Notes: generated by a model not told the origin, from the letters alone. A stretch of DNA of 64,000 nucleotides from Candidatus Magasanikbacteria bacterium GW2011_GWC2_37_14 (GCA_000990355.1 LBSX01000002.1:6000-69999), one strand, 5' to 3'. Shown: positions 47,397 to 57,826, counted from the first letter of the stretch. Numbers and translations: made by a program.

Positions 47397-49484
47397 ATGG
47401 AAAAAATAACAAACATCAACGACGAAAAAACTATTAGAATTGGTAAATTAAACGATTTAAAAAAACTTGGAGTAAATCCTTATCCAGCCAAAGCGCATAA
47501 AAAAAATACTTTAGAAGAAGCATTAAGCATGACCGATGGTGAGAAAGTTTGTTGTGCTGGTAGAATTATTACTTTTAGAGAAATGGGTAAATTAACTTTT
47601 TGTCATTTACAAGATGCTAGTGCAAAAATGCAAATTGCCTTAAAAGATGGTGAGATTGATAAAGAAAGTTATCATTTGTTTTTAAAGAAAATTGATTCTG
47701 GTGATATTATTCAAGTAGAAGGAGAAAGATTTACTACCCACAAAGGCGAAGCTTCTATTTTAGTTAAAAAATGGACCTTGCTTAGCAAATCACTTCTACC
47801 TTTACCAGATAAATTTCATGGATTACAAGATGAAGAGATTCGTTTGCGTAAACGATATTTAGAAATGATTGACAATCCCGAAGTAAAAGATATTTTTATT
47901 CGTAAAAGTAAATTTTGGAATAGTACTCGTCAATTTTTATTAAAAGAAGGATTTTTGGAAGTCGAAACCCCAGCCTTGGAAGTAACTGCTGGTGGAGCCA
48001 GTGCTACTCCATTTGTTACACATCACAATGCCCTAGATATTGATGTTTATTTACGAATTTCTATGGGTGAACTTTGGCAAAAAAGATTAATGGTTGCTGG
48101 TTTTGAAAAAACATTTGAAATTGGTAGACAATTTAGAAATGAAGGCATGAGTCGTGAGCATTTGCAAGATTATACACAAATGGAATTTTATTGGGCCTAT
48201 GCGGATTACAACATGGGTATGGAATTAGTAGAAAAATTAATTAAATATATTGCCAAAGAAACATATAACACACTAAAATTTACGATTGGTGATTTTGGTG
48301 AAATTGATTTAGGTGAAAAATGGGAGCGTTATGATTATGTTTCTATAATTAAAGAAAAAACTGGCGTAGATGTTTTAAAGACTAATGATAAGGAATTGAA
48401 AATTGAACTTAAAAAATTAAAAGTAGCCTATGAAGAAACCGAGGGTCGTAGTAGTTTAATTGATGCTTTATGGAAATTTTGTCGCCGGTCATTAAAAGGT
48501 CCTGGTTTTTTAATTAATGTACCTGTAGCTGTGTCTCCTTTAGCCAAAAGAAAAACCGATAACCCAGAATTAACCGAAAGATTTCAAATTATTATTGCTG
48601 GTTCTGAATTGGGCAATGGTTATTCCGAATTAAATGATCCAATCGATCAAGCAGAAAGATTTAAAGAGCAGGCCAGCATGCGTGAAGCCGGGGATAATGA
48701 AGCACAAATGCATGACACAGACTTTGTAGAAGCTTTGGAACATGGTATGCCACCAACCTGTGGTTTTGGTTTTTCCGAACGTTTATTTTCGTTTTTAGAG
48801 AACAAACCAATTCGCGAGTGTGTAATTTTTCCTTTGATGAGACCAGAAAAGGGTGATTTAGAAAAAATCAGTGTTGTCAGTAAAAAAAACAATGATGTTT
48901 TATTAAAACTTCCAATTACTCGTGAGGAGGCGTTATGTGCTATAAAAAAGTATACTAAAAAACCAGCAAATTTAAATCATTACCTAGAATCAGAAGTGGT
49001 AATGCGTGCTCTAGCAACACATTTAAAACAAAACGTGGAATATTGGGGTATGCTTGGGTTACTTCATGATATTGATTGGGAAATGACTGAGGATGACTCT
49101 ATAAAACATTTGACTAAAGCTCCAGAATTGTTAAAAGGATTAGGTTTTGATGATTATTTTATTGAAATTATTTTGTCTCATGGTTATGGTTGTAATTGTG
49201 CTGGGTTGAATGATAAAAAACGTTCAAAACAATTAGAATTTGCTTTGGCCTGTGCTGAGACAGTAACTGGGTTAATTTACAGTGTATCTTTAATGAGACC
49301 GGATAAAATTGCTACTTTAGATGCTAAATCGGTAATGAAGAAATTTAAGGATAAGAAATTTGCGGCTAAAGTAGATCGTGAGGTAATTAAAGAATGTGAA
49401 AAGATCGGTTTGGGTGTTGAGGAATTTTTACAATTATCAATCGAAGCTATTCGTTCGATTGCTGGTCAAATTGGTTTAAAATAA
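47397..49484 (+). CDS. lysS: lysyl-tRNA synthetase (class II) with a C-terminal HD-domain extension of about 195 aa
   Basis: N-terminal OB fold and class II catalytic core (FRNEG, GGAxA). The C-terminus carries H...LLHDIDW...H...D, an HD phosphohydrolase signature. Confidence 0.85.
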   Translation: MEKITNINDEKTIRIGKLNDLKKLGVNPYPAKAHKKNTLEEALSMTDGEKVCCAGRIITFREMGKLTFCHLQDASAKMQIALKDGEIDKESYHLFLKKIDSGDIIQVEGERFTTHKGEASILVKKWTLLSKSLLPLPDKFHGLQDEEIRLRKRYLEMIDNPEVKDIFIRKSKFWNSTRQFLLKEGFLEVETPALEVTAGGASATPFVTHHNALDIDVYLRISMGELWQKRLMVAGFEKTFEIGRQFRNEGMSREHLQDYTQMEFYWAYADYNMGMELVEKLIKYIAKETYNTLKFTIGDFGEIDLGEKWERYDYVSIIKEKTGVDVLKTNDKELKIELKKLKVAYEETEGRSSLIDALWKFCRRSLKGPGFLINVPVAVSPLAKRKTDNPELTERFQIIIAGSELGNGYSELNDPIDQAERFKEQASMREAGDNEAQMHDTDFVEALEHGMPPTCGFGFSERLFSFLENKPIRECVIFPLMRPEKGDLEKISVVSKKNNDVLLKLPITREEALCAIKKYTKKPANLNHYLESEVVMRALATHLKQNVEYWGMLGLLHDIDWEMTEDDSIKHLTKAPELLKGLGFDDYFIEIILSHGYGCNCAGLNDKKRSKQLEFALACAETVTGLIYSVSLMRPDKIATLDAKSVMKKFKDKKFAAKVDREVIKECEKIGLGVEEFLQLSIEAIRSIAGQIGLK

Positions 49485-49489
49485 AAATT

Positions 49490-49909
49490 ATGAAAACCGT
49501 AATGATCTTTGGCACTTTTGATATTGTCCATGCTGGACATTTGCATATGTTTAAAGAAGCCAAGAAATATGGTGATTTTTTAGTCGTTGTGGTTGCACGT
49601 GATCAAAATGTAGAAATAATTAAGGGTTTAGGGTCATTACATAGTGAAGAAGAAAGATTGTTGTTTTTAGAAAATATTAAATTAATTGATCAGGTTTTGT
49701 TGGGAGACAAAACTGATGTTTATAAAGTCGTAAATGAAATTAAACCAAATATAATTGCTTTAGGTTATGATCAAAAAATTTATGTAGACAATCTTGAAAA
49801 GGCTATCACCAATTTCGGGTTGAATACTAGAATAGTACGATTAGCACCTTATCAAGAAAATCGTTTAAAAAGTAATAAAATTCGTAAATATATTGAACGT
49901 TTAGTATAG
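49490..49909 (+). CDS. HxGH-type nucleotidyltransferase (cytidylyl/adenylyltransferase-like, FMN adenylyltransferase-like)
   Basis: GTFDIVHAGH motif; 139 aa. Confidence 0.6.
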   Translation: MKTVMIFGTFDIVHAGHLHMFKEAKKYGDFLVVVVARDQNVEIIKGLGSLHSEEERLLFLENIKLIDQVLLGDKTDVYKVVNEIKPNIIALGYDQKIYVDNLEKAITNFGLNTRIVRLAPYQENRLKSNKIRKYIERLV

Positions 49910-49912
49910 ATT

Positions 49913-50941
49913 ATGCAAAAAGTTTTAATTGCGACAACCAACCAAGGAAAATTTAATGAAACCAAGGAATTTTTGAGTGATTTGGCTTTTAATTTTATTA
50001 GTTTAAATGATTTGAACAAAAAAATTTCTCCACCAGAAGAAAACGAAGATAATTTGGAAAAAAATGCCATGTCTAAAGCGGTTTATTATGGAGAAAAAAC
50101 CGGTTTAATTACACTTTGTGATGATTCTGGTTTGTTTGTTAAAACTTTAAAAAACTTTCCCGGTATTTATTCAGCGCGAATTGCAAAAACCGATAAAGAG
50201 CGTTGTAAAATTATTTTAGAAAAATTAAAAAATAAAAAAAGCCGTTCTGCTATTTTTGCTTTAGTTTATGCACTCTATAACCCCAGCAATCAGGATCTAT
50301 ATTTAGCCAGTGGTATGACCAAGGGCAAAATTACCGAAAAGGAAATTGGCAAAAATGGTTTTGGTTATGACCAAATTTTTTATGTAAATGAAAAAAAGAA
50401 AACTTACGCTCAAATGAAAATTCAAGAAAAAAATTCTTGTTCGCATCGAGCTAAGGCCTTAAACAAAGTAAAATATTTTTTATTAAATCAGTTTGACCCA
50501 AAACATATTGTCGTTCCTTTTGGTATTATTGTAAAAGAAGGCAAAATGTTAATATCTCTACGTAATGATCCTCATCGTCCAAAATCCCACAAAAAATGGG
50601 AAATGCCTGGTGGGGGAGTAGATTTTGGAGATAATGTAGAATCTACATTATTAAAAGAAGTAAAAGAAGAAACAGGTTATAAAATAAAAATTATTAAGCA
50701 ATTGCAAGGAATTACTGTTAAAAGTGTTGCATACCCAAATTACAAATATCAAGTTTTTTTAGTTCCTTTTGTTTGTAAAATTATTAGTGGTAAATTAGCA
50801 TTGAACAGTAATGAAGTTTTGACTACAAAATGGATTAAACCAAATGATTACAAAAATTACAAATTTTTAGAAGGTAATAATATCATGTTAAAAAAATTAT
50901 TACCGCAATTAAAACAAGTTATTAAAGATTTTAAATTATAA
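49913..50941 (+). CDS. Ham1/RdgB non-canonical NTP pyrophosphatase fused to a C-terminal NUDIX domain
   Basis: N-terminal KVLIATTNQGKF...SHRAKAL (ITPase family), and C-terminal Nudix box GGGVDFGDNVESTLLKEVKEETGY. Confidence 0.7.
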   Translation: MQKVLIATTNQGKFNETKEFLSDLAFNFISLNDLNKKISPPEENEDNLEKNAMSKAVYYGEKTGLITLCDDSGLFVKTLKNFPGIYSARIAKTDKERCKIILEKLKNKKSRSAIFALVYALYNPSNQDLYLASGMTKGKITEKEIGKNGFGYDQIFYVNEKKKTYAQMKIQEKNSCSHRAKALNKVKYFLLNQFDPKHIVVPFGIIVKEGKMLISLRNDPHRPKSHKKWEMPGGGVDFGDNVESTLLKEVKEETGYKIKIIKQLQGITVKSVAYPNYKYQVFLVPFVCKIISGKLALNSNEVLTTKWIKPNDYKNYKFLEGNNIMLKKLLPQLKQVIKDFKL

Positions 50942-50944
50942 AAT

Positions 50945-52183
50945 ATGCTAGATATTAAATTCATTCGTGAAAATGTGGAATTAATCAAAACTAACTGCGC
51001 TAATCGACATGTAAAAGTTGATATTGAAAAATTAGTAGAATTTGACGACAAAAGACGAGGGATGCTAAAAAGAATTGAAGATTTAAGAGCTAGTAGAAAT
51101 CAAAATTCCAAGCAAAAACCAAGTGAAGAAGAAATTGCTAAAATGAAGATTGTTGGAGAAGGCATAAAAGCCTTGGAAGTGGAAATGCAGACAATTGACG
51201 CTGAATATTTAAATTTGTTAAAACAAATTCCAAATTTATCCCATCCAGAGAGTCCAATTGGCGGTGAAGCAGATTATAAAGTAATTTGTGAAAGTGGTAA
51301 GCCACCTAAATTTGACTTTGTACCCAAAGATCATGAAACCCTAATGACAAGTTTAGATTTAATTGATTTTGAACGAGGAGCTAAAGTGTCGGGTTCTAAG
51401 TTTTATTTCGTAAAAAATGACGCTGTACGGCTCAATTTTGCCCTTTTGAGCTATGGTATGGATATTGTGAATAAATATGGCTACACCCTAATGGAAACCC
51501 CGGATTTGGCCAAAAATGAGATTTTGAGCGGTACTGGTTATAACCCTAGGGGTAATGAAACAGCAATTTATTCTGTCGAAAATACTGACCTAAGTTTAAT
51601 AGCCACTGCCGAAATCACTGTTGGTGGTTATCATGCCAATGAAGTTTTGGATTTGTCTAGTGGACCAAAAAAATATGTTGCCTTATCACATTGTTTTCGT
51701 ACCGAAGCAGGGTCCTATGGCCAGGAATCCAAAGGCCTGTATCGCGTTCATCAATTTACTAAATTAGAAATGTTTGTTTTTTGTAAACCAGAAGAAAGTG
51801 AAAAATATCACGAAGAAATATTAAATATTGAAAAAGAAATTTGTGATGGCTTAAAATTAAATTATCGCGTGATTGATATTCCGACAGGCGATTTGGGCGG
51901 GCCCGCTTATCGCAAATTTGATCTAGAAGCTTGGATGGTGATGAAAGACGGCTATGGTGAAATTACTTCTACTTCCAATTGTACAGATTATCAAGCACGA
52001 CGATTAAATATTAAATACAAAAATGAACAAGGCAATAATGAATATGTTCATACTTTAAATGGTACTGCTGTAGTCTTGAGCCGTTTTCCTCTGTCAATAG
52101 TTGAACAATACCAGCAAGCTGATGGGAGTGTTAAAATTCCTGCAGTGTTGGTAAAATATTTGGGTAAAAAAATTATTAAATAA
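50945..52183 (+). CDS. serS: seryl-tRNA synthetase
   Basis: N-terminal coiled-coil arm and class II motifs (FRTEAGS, GDLGGPAYRKFDLE). Confidence 0.9.
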   Translation: MLDIKFIRENVELIKTNCANRHVKVDIEKLVEFDDKRRGMLKRIEDLRASRNQNSKQKPSEEEIAKMKIVGEGIKALEVEMQTIDAEYLNLLKQIPNLSHPESPIGGEADYKVICESGKPPKFDFVPKDHETLMTSLDLIDFERGAKVSGSKFYFVKNDAVRLNFALLSYGMDIVNKYGYTLMETPDLAKNEILSGTGYNPRGNETAIYSVENTDLSLIATAEITVGGYHANEVLDLSSGPKKYVALSHCFRTEAGSYGQESKGLYRVHQFTKLEMFVFCKPEESEKYHEEILNIEKEICDGLKLNYRVIDIPTGDLGGPAYRKFDLEAWMVMKDGYGEITSTSNCTDYQARRLNIKYKNEQGNNEYVHTLNGTAVVLSRFPLSIVEQYQQADGSVKIPAVLVKYLGKKIIK

Positions 52184-52184
52184 A

Positions 52185-52955
52185 ATGACTAAAAAAACTT
52201 TGATAATTCTACCTGGATGGGGTGGAAACAAAGAAACGTGGAAAAATTTTGCAGAACTTGCGAGCAAAGATTTTGACGTACATATTATTGAATTGCCGTG
52301 TTTTGGCGATGAACCCTGCCCAAAAACAGTTTGGGATATTGAAGATTATGTTGAGTTTGTTAAAAATAAACTTCTTGAGCGTCATTCCCGCGAAGGCGGG
52401 AATCTTAAATTGGTGAAAGATCCCCGTTTTCACGGGGATGACGCAGTGCTATTAGGTCACTCATTTGGTGGACAAGTAGCCACGGTCTTTGCTTCCAAAT
52501 ACCCAGAGATGATTGAAAAACTTATTTTAACAGCACCGGCTGTTTTCCGCCCTAAAAAAACTTTTCGACGAGTAGTTTTCAATATTGGAGCAAAATTTGG
52601 TAAATTAATTTTTAAAATTCCTTGGATAGAAAATGGTTCCCTCTGGGCCGAAAAAATTTATCACCAAGCAATTGGTGCCAAAGATTATCATGATAGTTCG
52701 GGCATTAAACGAGAAATTTTTAAAAATATTATTCGTCAAGACAGGGGAGTGGAAGCTAGTAAAATTACTATACCAACTCTAATTGTTTGGGGTACAATGG
52801 ATGGTTATCTACCAGTTGCTGATGCTAATCAATTGAATAAATTAATAAAAAACTCTAAACTTGAAATAGTTAATGGTGGAAGACATGGATTACACCTACA
52901 AATACCAGAAAAACTTTTATATTTAATAAAATCTTTTCTTGAAAAAAATATATGA
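52185..52955 (+). CDS. alpha/beta hydrolase
   Basis: GHSFGG nucleophile elbow. Contains an in-frame palindromic insert just upstream of it. Confidence 0.7.
   Translation: MTKKTLIILPGWGGNKETWKNFAELASKDFDVHIIELPCFGDEPCPKTVWDIEDYVEFVKNKLLERHSREGGNLKLVKDPRFHGDDAVLLGHSFGGQVATVFASKYPEMIEKLILTAPAVFRPKKTFRRVVFNIGAKFGKLIFKIPWIENGSLWAEKIYHQAIGAKDYHDSSGIKREIFKNIIRQDRGVEASKITIPTLIVWGTMDGYLPVADANQLNKLIKNSKLEIVNGGRHGLHLQIPEKLLYLIKSFLEKNI
52380..52443 (+). mobile_element. MITE-like element (family A-like, GTCAT...ATGAC termini), in-frame in the hydrolase gene
   Basis: cGTCATtcccgc-gaag-gcgggaatc...gatccccg-ttttca-cggggATGACg: two subterminal hairpins. Encodes RHSREGGNLKLVKDPRFHGDD. Confidence 0.55.
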
Positions 52956-54532
52956 TTAACACCATAAACATAATTATTCTTGTTTTTTGGTTGATTAGTG
53001 CATTAGCTGATTATTTACAACTCACTTATTATTGGCAATTGAAAGAATGGCGCTGGGACAGAGCCAAAGATTTTTTATCCACTATACAAGGAAGACAATT
53101 GATTTTTCAACGACGTATCTCATTACGTATTATTTTAATTATTGTTGCACTTTTTTTACCATTCAATTTATTAATTTTTAAATTTTCTATAATTTTTATT
53201 TTGACATTAGATTTTTTAAATGCGTTTTACAAATTTTACTCTAGAAAGTTACTACATCCTGTTTTTACAAAAAAAGCCTTGTTAATTTTATTATTCACTT
53301 TCTGTTTAGAAGGTGGACTTTTCTTAAAATCACATGATTGGGAGATTCTACTCTTCTTATTAATGATAAGAGCTTTTTTACTTGGTTTTGTTATCTATTT
53401 TGTCAATTTATTTACTATTTTGGTTAAAAAATATTATATTAAAAAAGCTACAAAAAAAATAGAGAAACAAAAAAACTTAATAGTAGTTGGCATAACTGGT
53501 AGCTATGGAAAAACTACAGTAAAAAATTTCTTATATCATGTTTTAGAAAAAAAATTTAAAGTTATAAAAACGCCACGCAATATTAATACTGAAATTGGTG
53601 TAGCTAAATTTATTTTAAAAAATGATTTTAAAAATTCAGAAATTTTTATTTGTGAAATGGGTGCTTACAACGAAGGTGATATTCAAGCTATTTGCGATAT
53701 GGTACATCCGAAAATTGGTATTTTAACGGCTATAAATGAACAGCATTTATCATTATTCGGCGATATCAAAATTACACAAAAAACCAAATATGAACTTTTA
53801 AAATCTTTACCAGGAAACGGTTTGGCAATAATTAATTCGGACAACAACCTTTGTCGTGGTTTAATTCATGAATTAAATTGCGAAGTACATACTTTTGGCT
53901 ATAACGAAGAATACAAACCAACCTTTCTTCTAAAGAATATTAAATCTACAAATCAAGGAATTCTTTGTGAAGGAATTTTTTCTAATCAAACCATAATTAT
54001 TGAAGCTTCTATTGTAGGAGAACACAACTTTATGAATATAGCGCCCTGTTATTTAGTAGCAAAATTTCTAAAAATGTCCGATGATGACATAATCAAAAGT
54101 TGCAAAATTTTATCAATGCCCGATGGATCATTTCATATAAAAAATTATGGTTTGGCAATTATTATAAATGATAGTTATAATTCTAACCCAGACGGTTTTA
54201 AGGCTGCTTTGGGTGTAATGCAAAAATATTCATCACAAAAAAGAAGAATCGTAATTACTAGAGGAATGTTGGAGCTAGGTGGAAACAGTGAAGAGCTTCA
54301 TGAGTGTATTGGTGAAGAGATTTCTTTGGTAGCTGAAGAGTTAGTAATTATTACTCGTGACAATGAAGAAGCCCTGCGAAAGGGAGTTGGCACTAAATAT
54401 AAAACAGAAATAAAAAGTATTTTTGATCCAACAGATCTATTATCTTATTTTAGATCATTAAAAGACAAGGAATGTGTAATTTTATTGGAAAATCGTATGC
54501 CCATAGATATTATTAAAGAATTGGAAAAATAA
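52952..54532 (+). CDS. murF: UDP-MurNAc-pentapeptide synthetase MurF with an N-terminal polytopic membrane domain
   Basis: Mur ligase motifs GITGSYGKTT, NINTEIGV, EMGA...GDI, TAINEQHL, NSDN. The first 170 aa or so are hydrophobic TM segments. Confidence 0.75.
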   Translation: MINTINIIILVFWLISALADYLQLTYYWQLKEWRWDRAKDFLSTIQGRQLIFQRRISLRIILIIVALFLPFNLLIFKFSIIFILTLDFLNAFYKFYSRKLLHPVFTKKALLILLFTFCLEGGLFLKSHDWEILLFLLMIRAFLLGFVIYFVNLFTILVKKYYIKKATKKIEKQKNLIVVGITGSYGKTTVKNFLYHVLEKKFKVIKTPRNINTEIGVAKFILKNDFKNSEIFICEMGAYNEGDIQAICDMVHPKIGILTAINEQHLSLFGDIKITQKTKYELLKSLPGNGLAIINSDNNLCRGLIHELNCEVHTFGYNEEYKPTFLLKNIKSTNQGILCEGIFSNQTIIIEASIVGEHNFMNIAPCYLVAKFLKMSDDDIIKSCKILSMPDGSFHIKNYGLAIIINDSYNSNPDGFKAALGVMQKYSSQKRRIVITRGMLELGGNSEELHECIGEEISLVAEELVIITRDNEEALRKGVGTKYKTEIKSIFDPTDLLSYFRSLKDKECVILLENRMPIDIIKELEK

Positions 54533-54534
54533 AT

Positions 54535-55782
54535 ATGTCTTTTTTACAAAAACAAATTTTTACTGGTTTTGCCCCTAATCTTACTAAAGACGATTTAATT
54601 TTGTCTTTAAAATATTTATTTTTACCTTGGTACTGGAAAAATATTCAAAAAGGTAATGAAACAAACAAGGCCGAAGAATATTTAGAAAAATATTTAAACG
54701 TAAACAAGATCATTACTTTTGATAGTGGTCGAACAGCACTTTATTTTGTTCTACAAACACTTGGCAGTACACGGAATAGTGAAATTCTAGTCCAGGCTTA
54801 TACTTGTATGGTAGTAATCAATGCTATTCGTTGGACTGGCGCTACTCCTGTTTATGTAGATGTGAATGATGATTTTAACATGAGTGAAGATGATTTAATA
54901 AAAAAAATAACACCCAAAACCAAAATATTAATTATCCAACATACTTTTGGTAAACCAGCTAATTTAGAAAAGTTATTAATTGTTGCTAAAGAACATAATA
55001 TAAAAATTATTGAAGACTGTGCACACTCACTTGGCGCTAAATATAATAATCAATATCTGGGTACTTTTGGTGAAGCAGCTATAATTAGTTTTGGACCAGA
55101 CAAAATTATCTCATGTATTCGAGGTGGGGGAGTAATTACCAATAATAAAATATTAACAGAGAGATTAATTGAAATTCAAAAACAATTACCAAAAACCCCG
55201 CTTAAAAAAGTTATTCAACATTTGGTTTATTATCCGATATTTTATTTTTGCAAACCATTGTATAATCTTTTGCTTGGTAAAATAATTTTAAAAATTGCTA
55301 AAACCTTAAAATTTTATGGAAGAATTATTTATAACGAAGAAAAAATAGGCTTGCCCGTAACTGCTTACCCAGCACAATTGCCAAACTGTTTAGCTCAAAT
55401 TTTAAATCAACAATTAGTAAATTTGGACAATAATTTAAAACATCGCCAAACTTTGGCTAAATATTATCACGATAATTTAATTAACAATTTATTTATTAAA
55501 CCAAATTGGGATAACGATTCTGTTTGGTTGCGTTATACAATTTTAACTAATAATCCTGACAAATTACACAAGTTTTCTAAAACAAATGATATTATTTTAG
55601 GTAATTGGTACGATGCCCCGGTGGCTCCCAAAGACATTGATCTATCAATCGCTGGCTATACATTAGGAAATTGCCCTAATGATGAAAAGCTTGCTCAAAT
55701 GTCTGTAAATTTACCAACTGACCCAACAATTAGTAAAAAAGATGCTAAACGTATAGTAGACTTGTTAAATAACTATGTATAA
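54535..55782 (+). CDS. DegT/DnrJ/EryC1/StrS-family PLP-dependent aminotransferase
   Basis: IEDCAHSLGAKY...FSFGPDKII is the PLP-Lys region typical of sugar aminotransferases. Confidence 0.75.
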   Translation: MSFLQKQIFTGFAPNLTKDDLILSLKYLFLPWYWKNIQKGNETNKAEEYLEKYLNVNKIITFDSGRTALYFVLQTLGSTRNSEILVQAYTCMVVINAIRWTGATPVYVDVNDDFNMSEDDLIKKITPKTKILIIQHTFGKPANLEKLLIVAKEHNIKIIEDCAHSLGAKYNNQYLGTFGEAAIISFGPDKIISCIRGGGVITNNKILTERLIEIQKQLPKTPLKKVIQHLVYYPIFYFCKPLYNLLLGKIILKIAKTLKFYGRIIYNEEKIGLPVTAYPAQLPNCLAQILNQQLVNLDNNLKHRQTLAKYYHDNLINNLFIKPNWDNDSVWLRYTILTNNPDKLHKFSKTNDIILGNWYDAPVAPKDIDLSIAGYTLGNCPNDEKLAQMSVNLPTDPTISKKDAKRIVDLLNNYV

Positions 55783-56776
55783 AATAGAAAAAATAACAAA
55801 TCATGAAATTTGGGAAAATTTCAATTTACAACAACTGAACACTTTGTTTGTCCAGTCTGTCCAATATGGTAAATTTTATGAAAAAATTGGTGAACAATTT
55901 TGGATTTTTGGTATTTTTGAAAATAATATTTTAATTGGGGGGTCGTTAGTAGTAACTGTCCATGCTAGACGAGGAAATTTTCTTTACTTACCCTATGGTC
56001 CAATTGGTGAAAGGGGATTAAAAGATTTTTTTTCTTATTTAAAAGAATTTGCTAAAAAAAATAATTATGACTTTATTAGAGTTAGTCCTTTTATAGAAGA
56101 TTCAATAAAAAATAAAGAATTATACAAAAATTTGGGTTTTAGATCATCCCCAATACACGTATTAGCCGAAACAACCTGGTTATTAGATTTAGCCACAACT
56201 CAAGAAGAATTATTACAGCAAATGGACAAAACCCATCGTTATTTAATTAAGCGTTGTGAAAAAGAAGGGGTAAAAATTGAAAAATCCGATGATATTAATA
56301 AATTTAATAAATTACATGATGAAACAGCCAAAAGACATAAATTTATTAGATTTTCTAATAAATACATAACTAATGAATTCAATTCTTTTACTTTAAAAGA
56401 TCAATGTTTAATATTTAATGGTTTTTTGTCAACAAACGAATTAGATTCTTCAGCTGTAATTATTTATTATGGTAATATGGCCGCCTACAGACATGGTGCT
56501 TCATTAAATTTAAATCACAAAATTTCAACCTCGTATTTACTCCAATGGGAAGCTATAAAAGAAGCAAAAAAAAGAGGAATAAAATATTATAATTTTTGGG
56601 GTATTGCCCCAGAAAATGCTAAAAAAAACCACCCATTTAAAGGTATCACTCATTTTAAAAAAGGTTTTGGTGGTTATCAGAAAGATCTGTTACACTGTCA
56701 AGATTTACCAATTTCTTATAAATATTGCTTTGCCTGGATTATAGAAACATTGCGAAGAATTAAAAGAAGATTTTAA
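55775..56776 (+). CDS. FemAB-family / GNAT-fold peptidyltransferase-like protein (tentative)
   Basis: About 330 aa, the size and composition of FemX/FemAB-type lipid II aminoacyl transferases, in a wall-synthesis cluster. The motif match is weak. Confidence 0.45.
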   Translation: MYKIEKITNHEIWENFNLQQLNTLFVQSVQYGKFYEKIGEQFWIFGIFENNILIGGSLVVTVHARRGNFLYLPYGPIGERGLKDFFSYLKEFAKKNNYDFIRVSPFIEDSIKNKELYKNLGFRSSPIHVLAETTWLLDLATTQEELLQQMDKTHRYLIKRCEKEGVKIEKSDDINKFNKLHDETAKRHKFIRFSNKYITNEFNSFTLKDQCLIFNGFLSTNELDSSAVIIYYGNMAAYRHGASLNLNHKISTSYLLQWEAIKEAKKRGIKYYNFWGIAPENAKKNHPFKGITHFKKGFGGYQKDLLHCQDLPISYKYCFAWIIETLRRIKRRF

Positions 56777-56781
56777 TATTT

Positions 56782-57780
56782 ATGTTTTTTAATCCATATA
56801 AATTCAAGAAACAAGTCAAAAGGGGAGTAAGAAGTGCCTCTTGTTTGGTATTTTCCAAAGACACTGGCCTGCGAAAAGCCACTTGGCAATATCATAAACA
56901 AAATTCATGCAAAATCAAACAAAAATCTAAAATTTTTGAGAAATTGAAAATTGTTTTATTGACTGTTAGTTTATTTGGCACTTTTGCTATATTAATTTAT
57001 CATCCTTTTTTTAATATTAATAAGATTACTCTGCAAGGAGAAGAAAGAATAAATAATGATAAGCTACAAGAAACTGTTAAGGGTATTATAAATTATTATC
57101 ATTTTGGTATATTACCAAAAAAAAATTACTTTTTAGTTAATTTAAGTGAAGTAAATGATATTTTAAAAGAACGCTACCCAATAGAAACAATTGCCACAGA
57201 AAAAATTTTTCCCAACGAATTAAAAATCACTATTAAAGAAAAAATATCACAAATTATTTATGATAATGGACAAAAATACTATTATTTGGATACTATAGGA
57301 CAAGTAATTGAGCCATTACGCTTAGTAGGTGATGATGAATGGCAAAAAACTACATCAATTTTGAATTCCACTTCAACCACTGGCACACCAATCTTAGTAG
57401 AAGAAATAAATAAAAAACATACTCCCAATGTAACGCAAATTAAAAAAGAAATGGGCGATTATCCTATCATTTACGATAAAAGAACTAACATAGATATTAA
57501 TCAAACAAATTTAAATGAACAAATAGTTAGTGACACCATAAGTTGGTTTAATCAATTAAATAAATATACAAATTTAAAATTTGAATACCTCTTAATAGAG
57601 AGCAACCCCTTAGAAGGGGAGATAATAACTAACAAGGGTTGGAATATAAAAATTAGGTTTGGTAATAATCCAGAAAATGATTTTGTTAAATTTCAGCATC
57701 TATTACAAAAAGAAAATGTAGATCAAAATAATTTAAAATATATTGATTTGCGATATTTAAATAAAATTTATTGGCAATAA
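56782..57780 (+). CDS. FtsQ/DivIB-like cell-division protein (POTRA domain)
   Basis: Single N-terminal TM helix, then a POTRA-like ITLQGEERI...FPNELKITIKEK. Confidence 0.5.
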   Translation: MFFNPYKFKKQVKRGVRSASCLVFSKDTGLRKATWQYHKQNSCKIKQKSKIFEKLKIVLLTVSLFGTFAILIYHPFFNINKITLQGEERINNDKLQETVKGIINYYHFGILPKKNYFLVNLSEVNDILKERYPIETIATEKIFPNELKITIKEKISQIIYDNGQKYYYLDTIGQVIEPLRLVGDDEWQKTTSILNSTSTTGTPILVEEINKKHTPNVTQIKKEMGDYPIIYDKRTNIDINQTNLNEQIVSDTISWFNQLNKYTNLKFEYLLIESNPLEGEIITNKGWNIKIRFGNNPENDFVKFQHLLQKENVDQNNLKYIDLRYLNKIYWQ

Positions 57781-57805
57781 TTTTTGTTAAACACTGGTAG
57801 GGAAT

Positions 57806-57826
57806 AGAGGCAAAGAGCCTCTTTTC
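57806..57826 (+). terminator. rho-independent terminator
   Basis: agaggc-aaaga-gcctct followed by T4. Confidence 0.5.

Noticed and set aside
52209-52433. Small ORFs 52209-52433(-) and 52222-52416(+)
   Set aside because: These are artefacts of the GC-rich palindromic insert inside the alpha/beta hydrolase gene.
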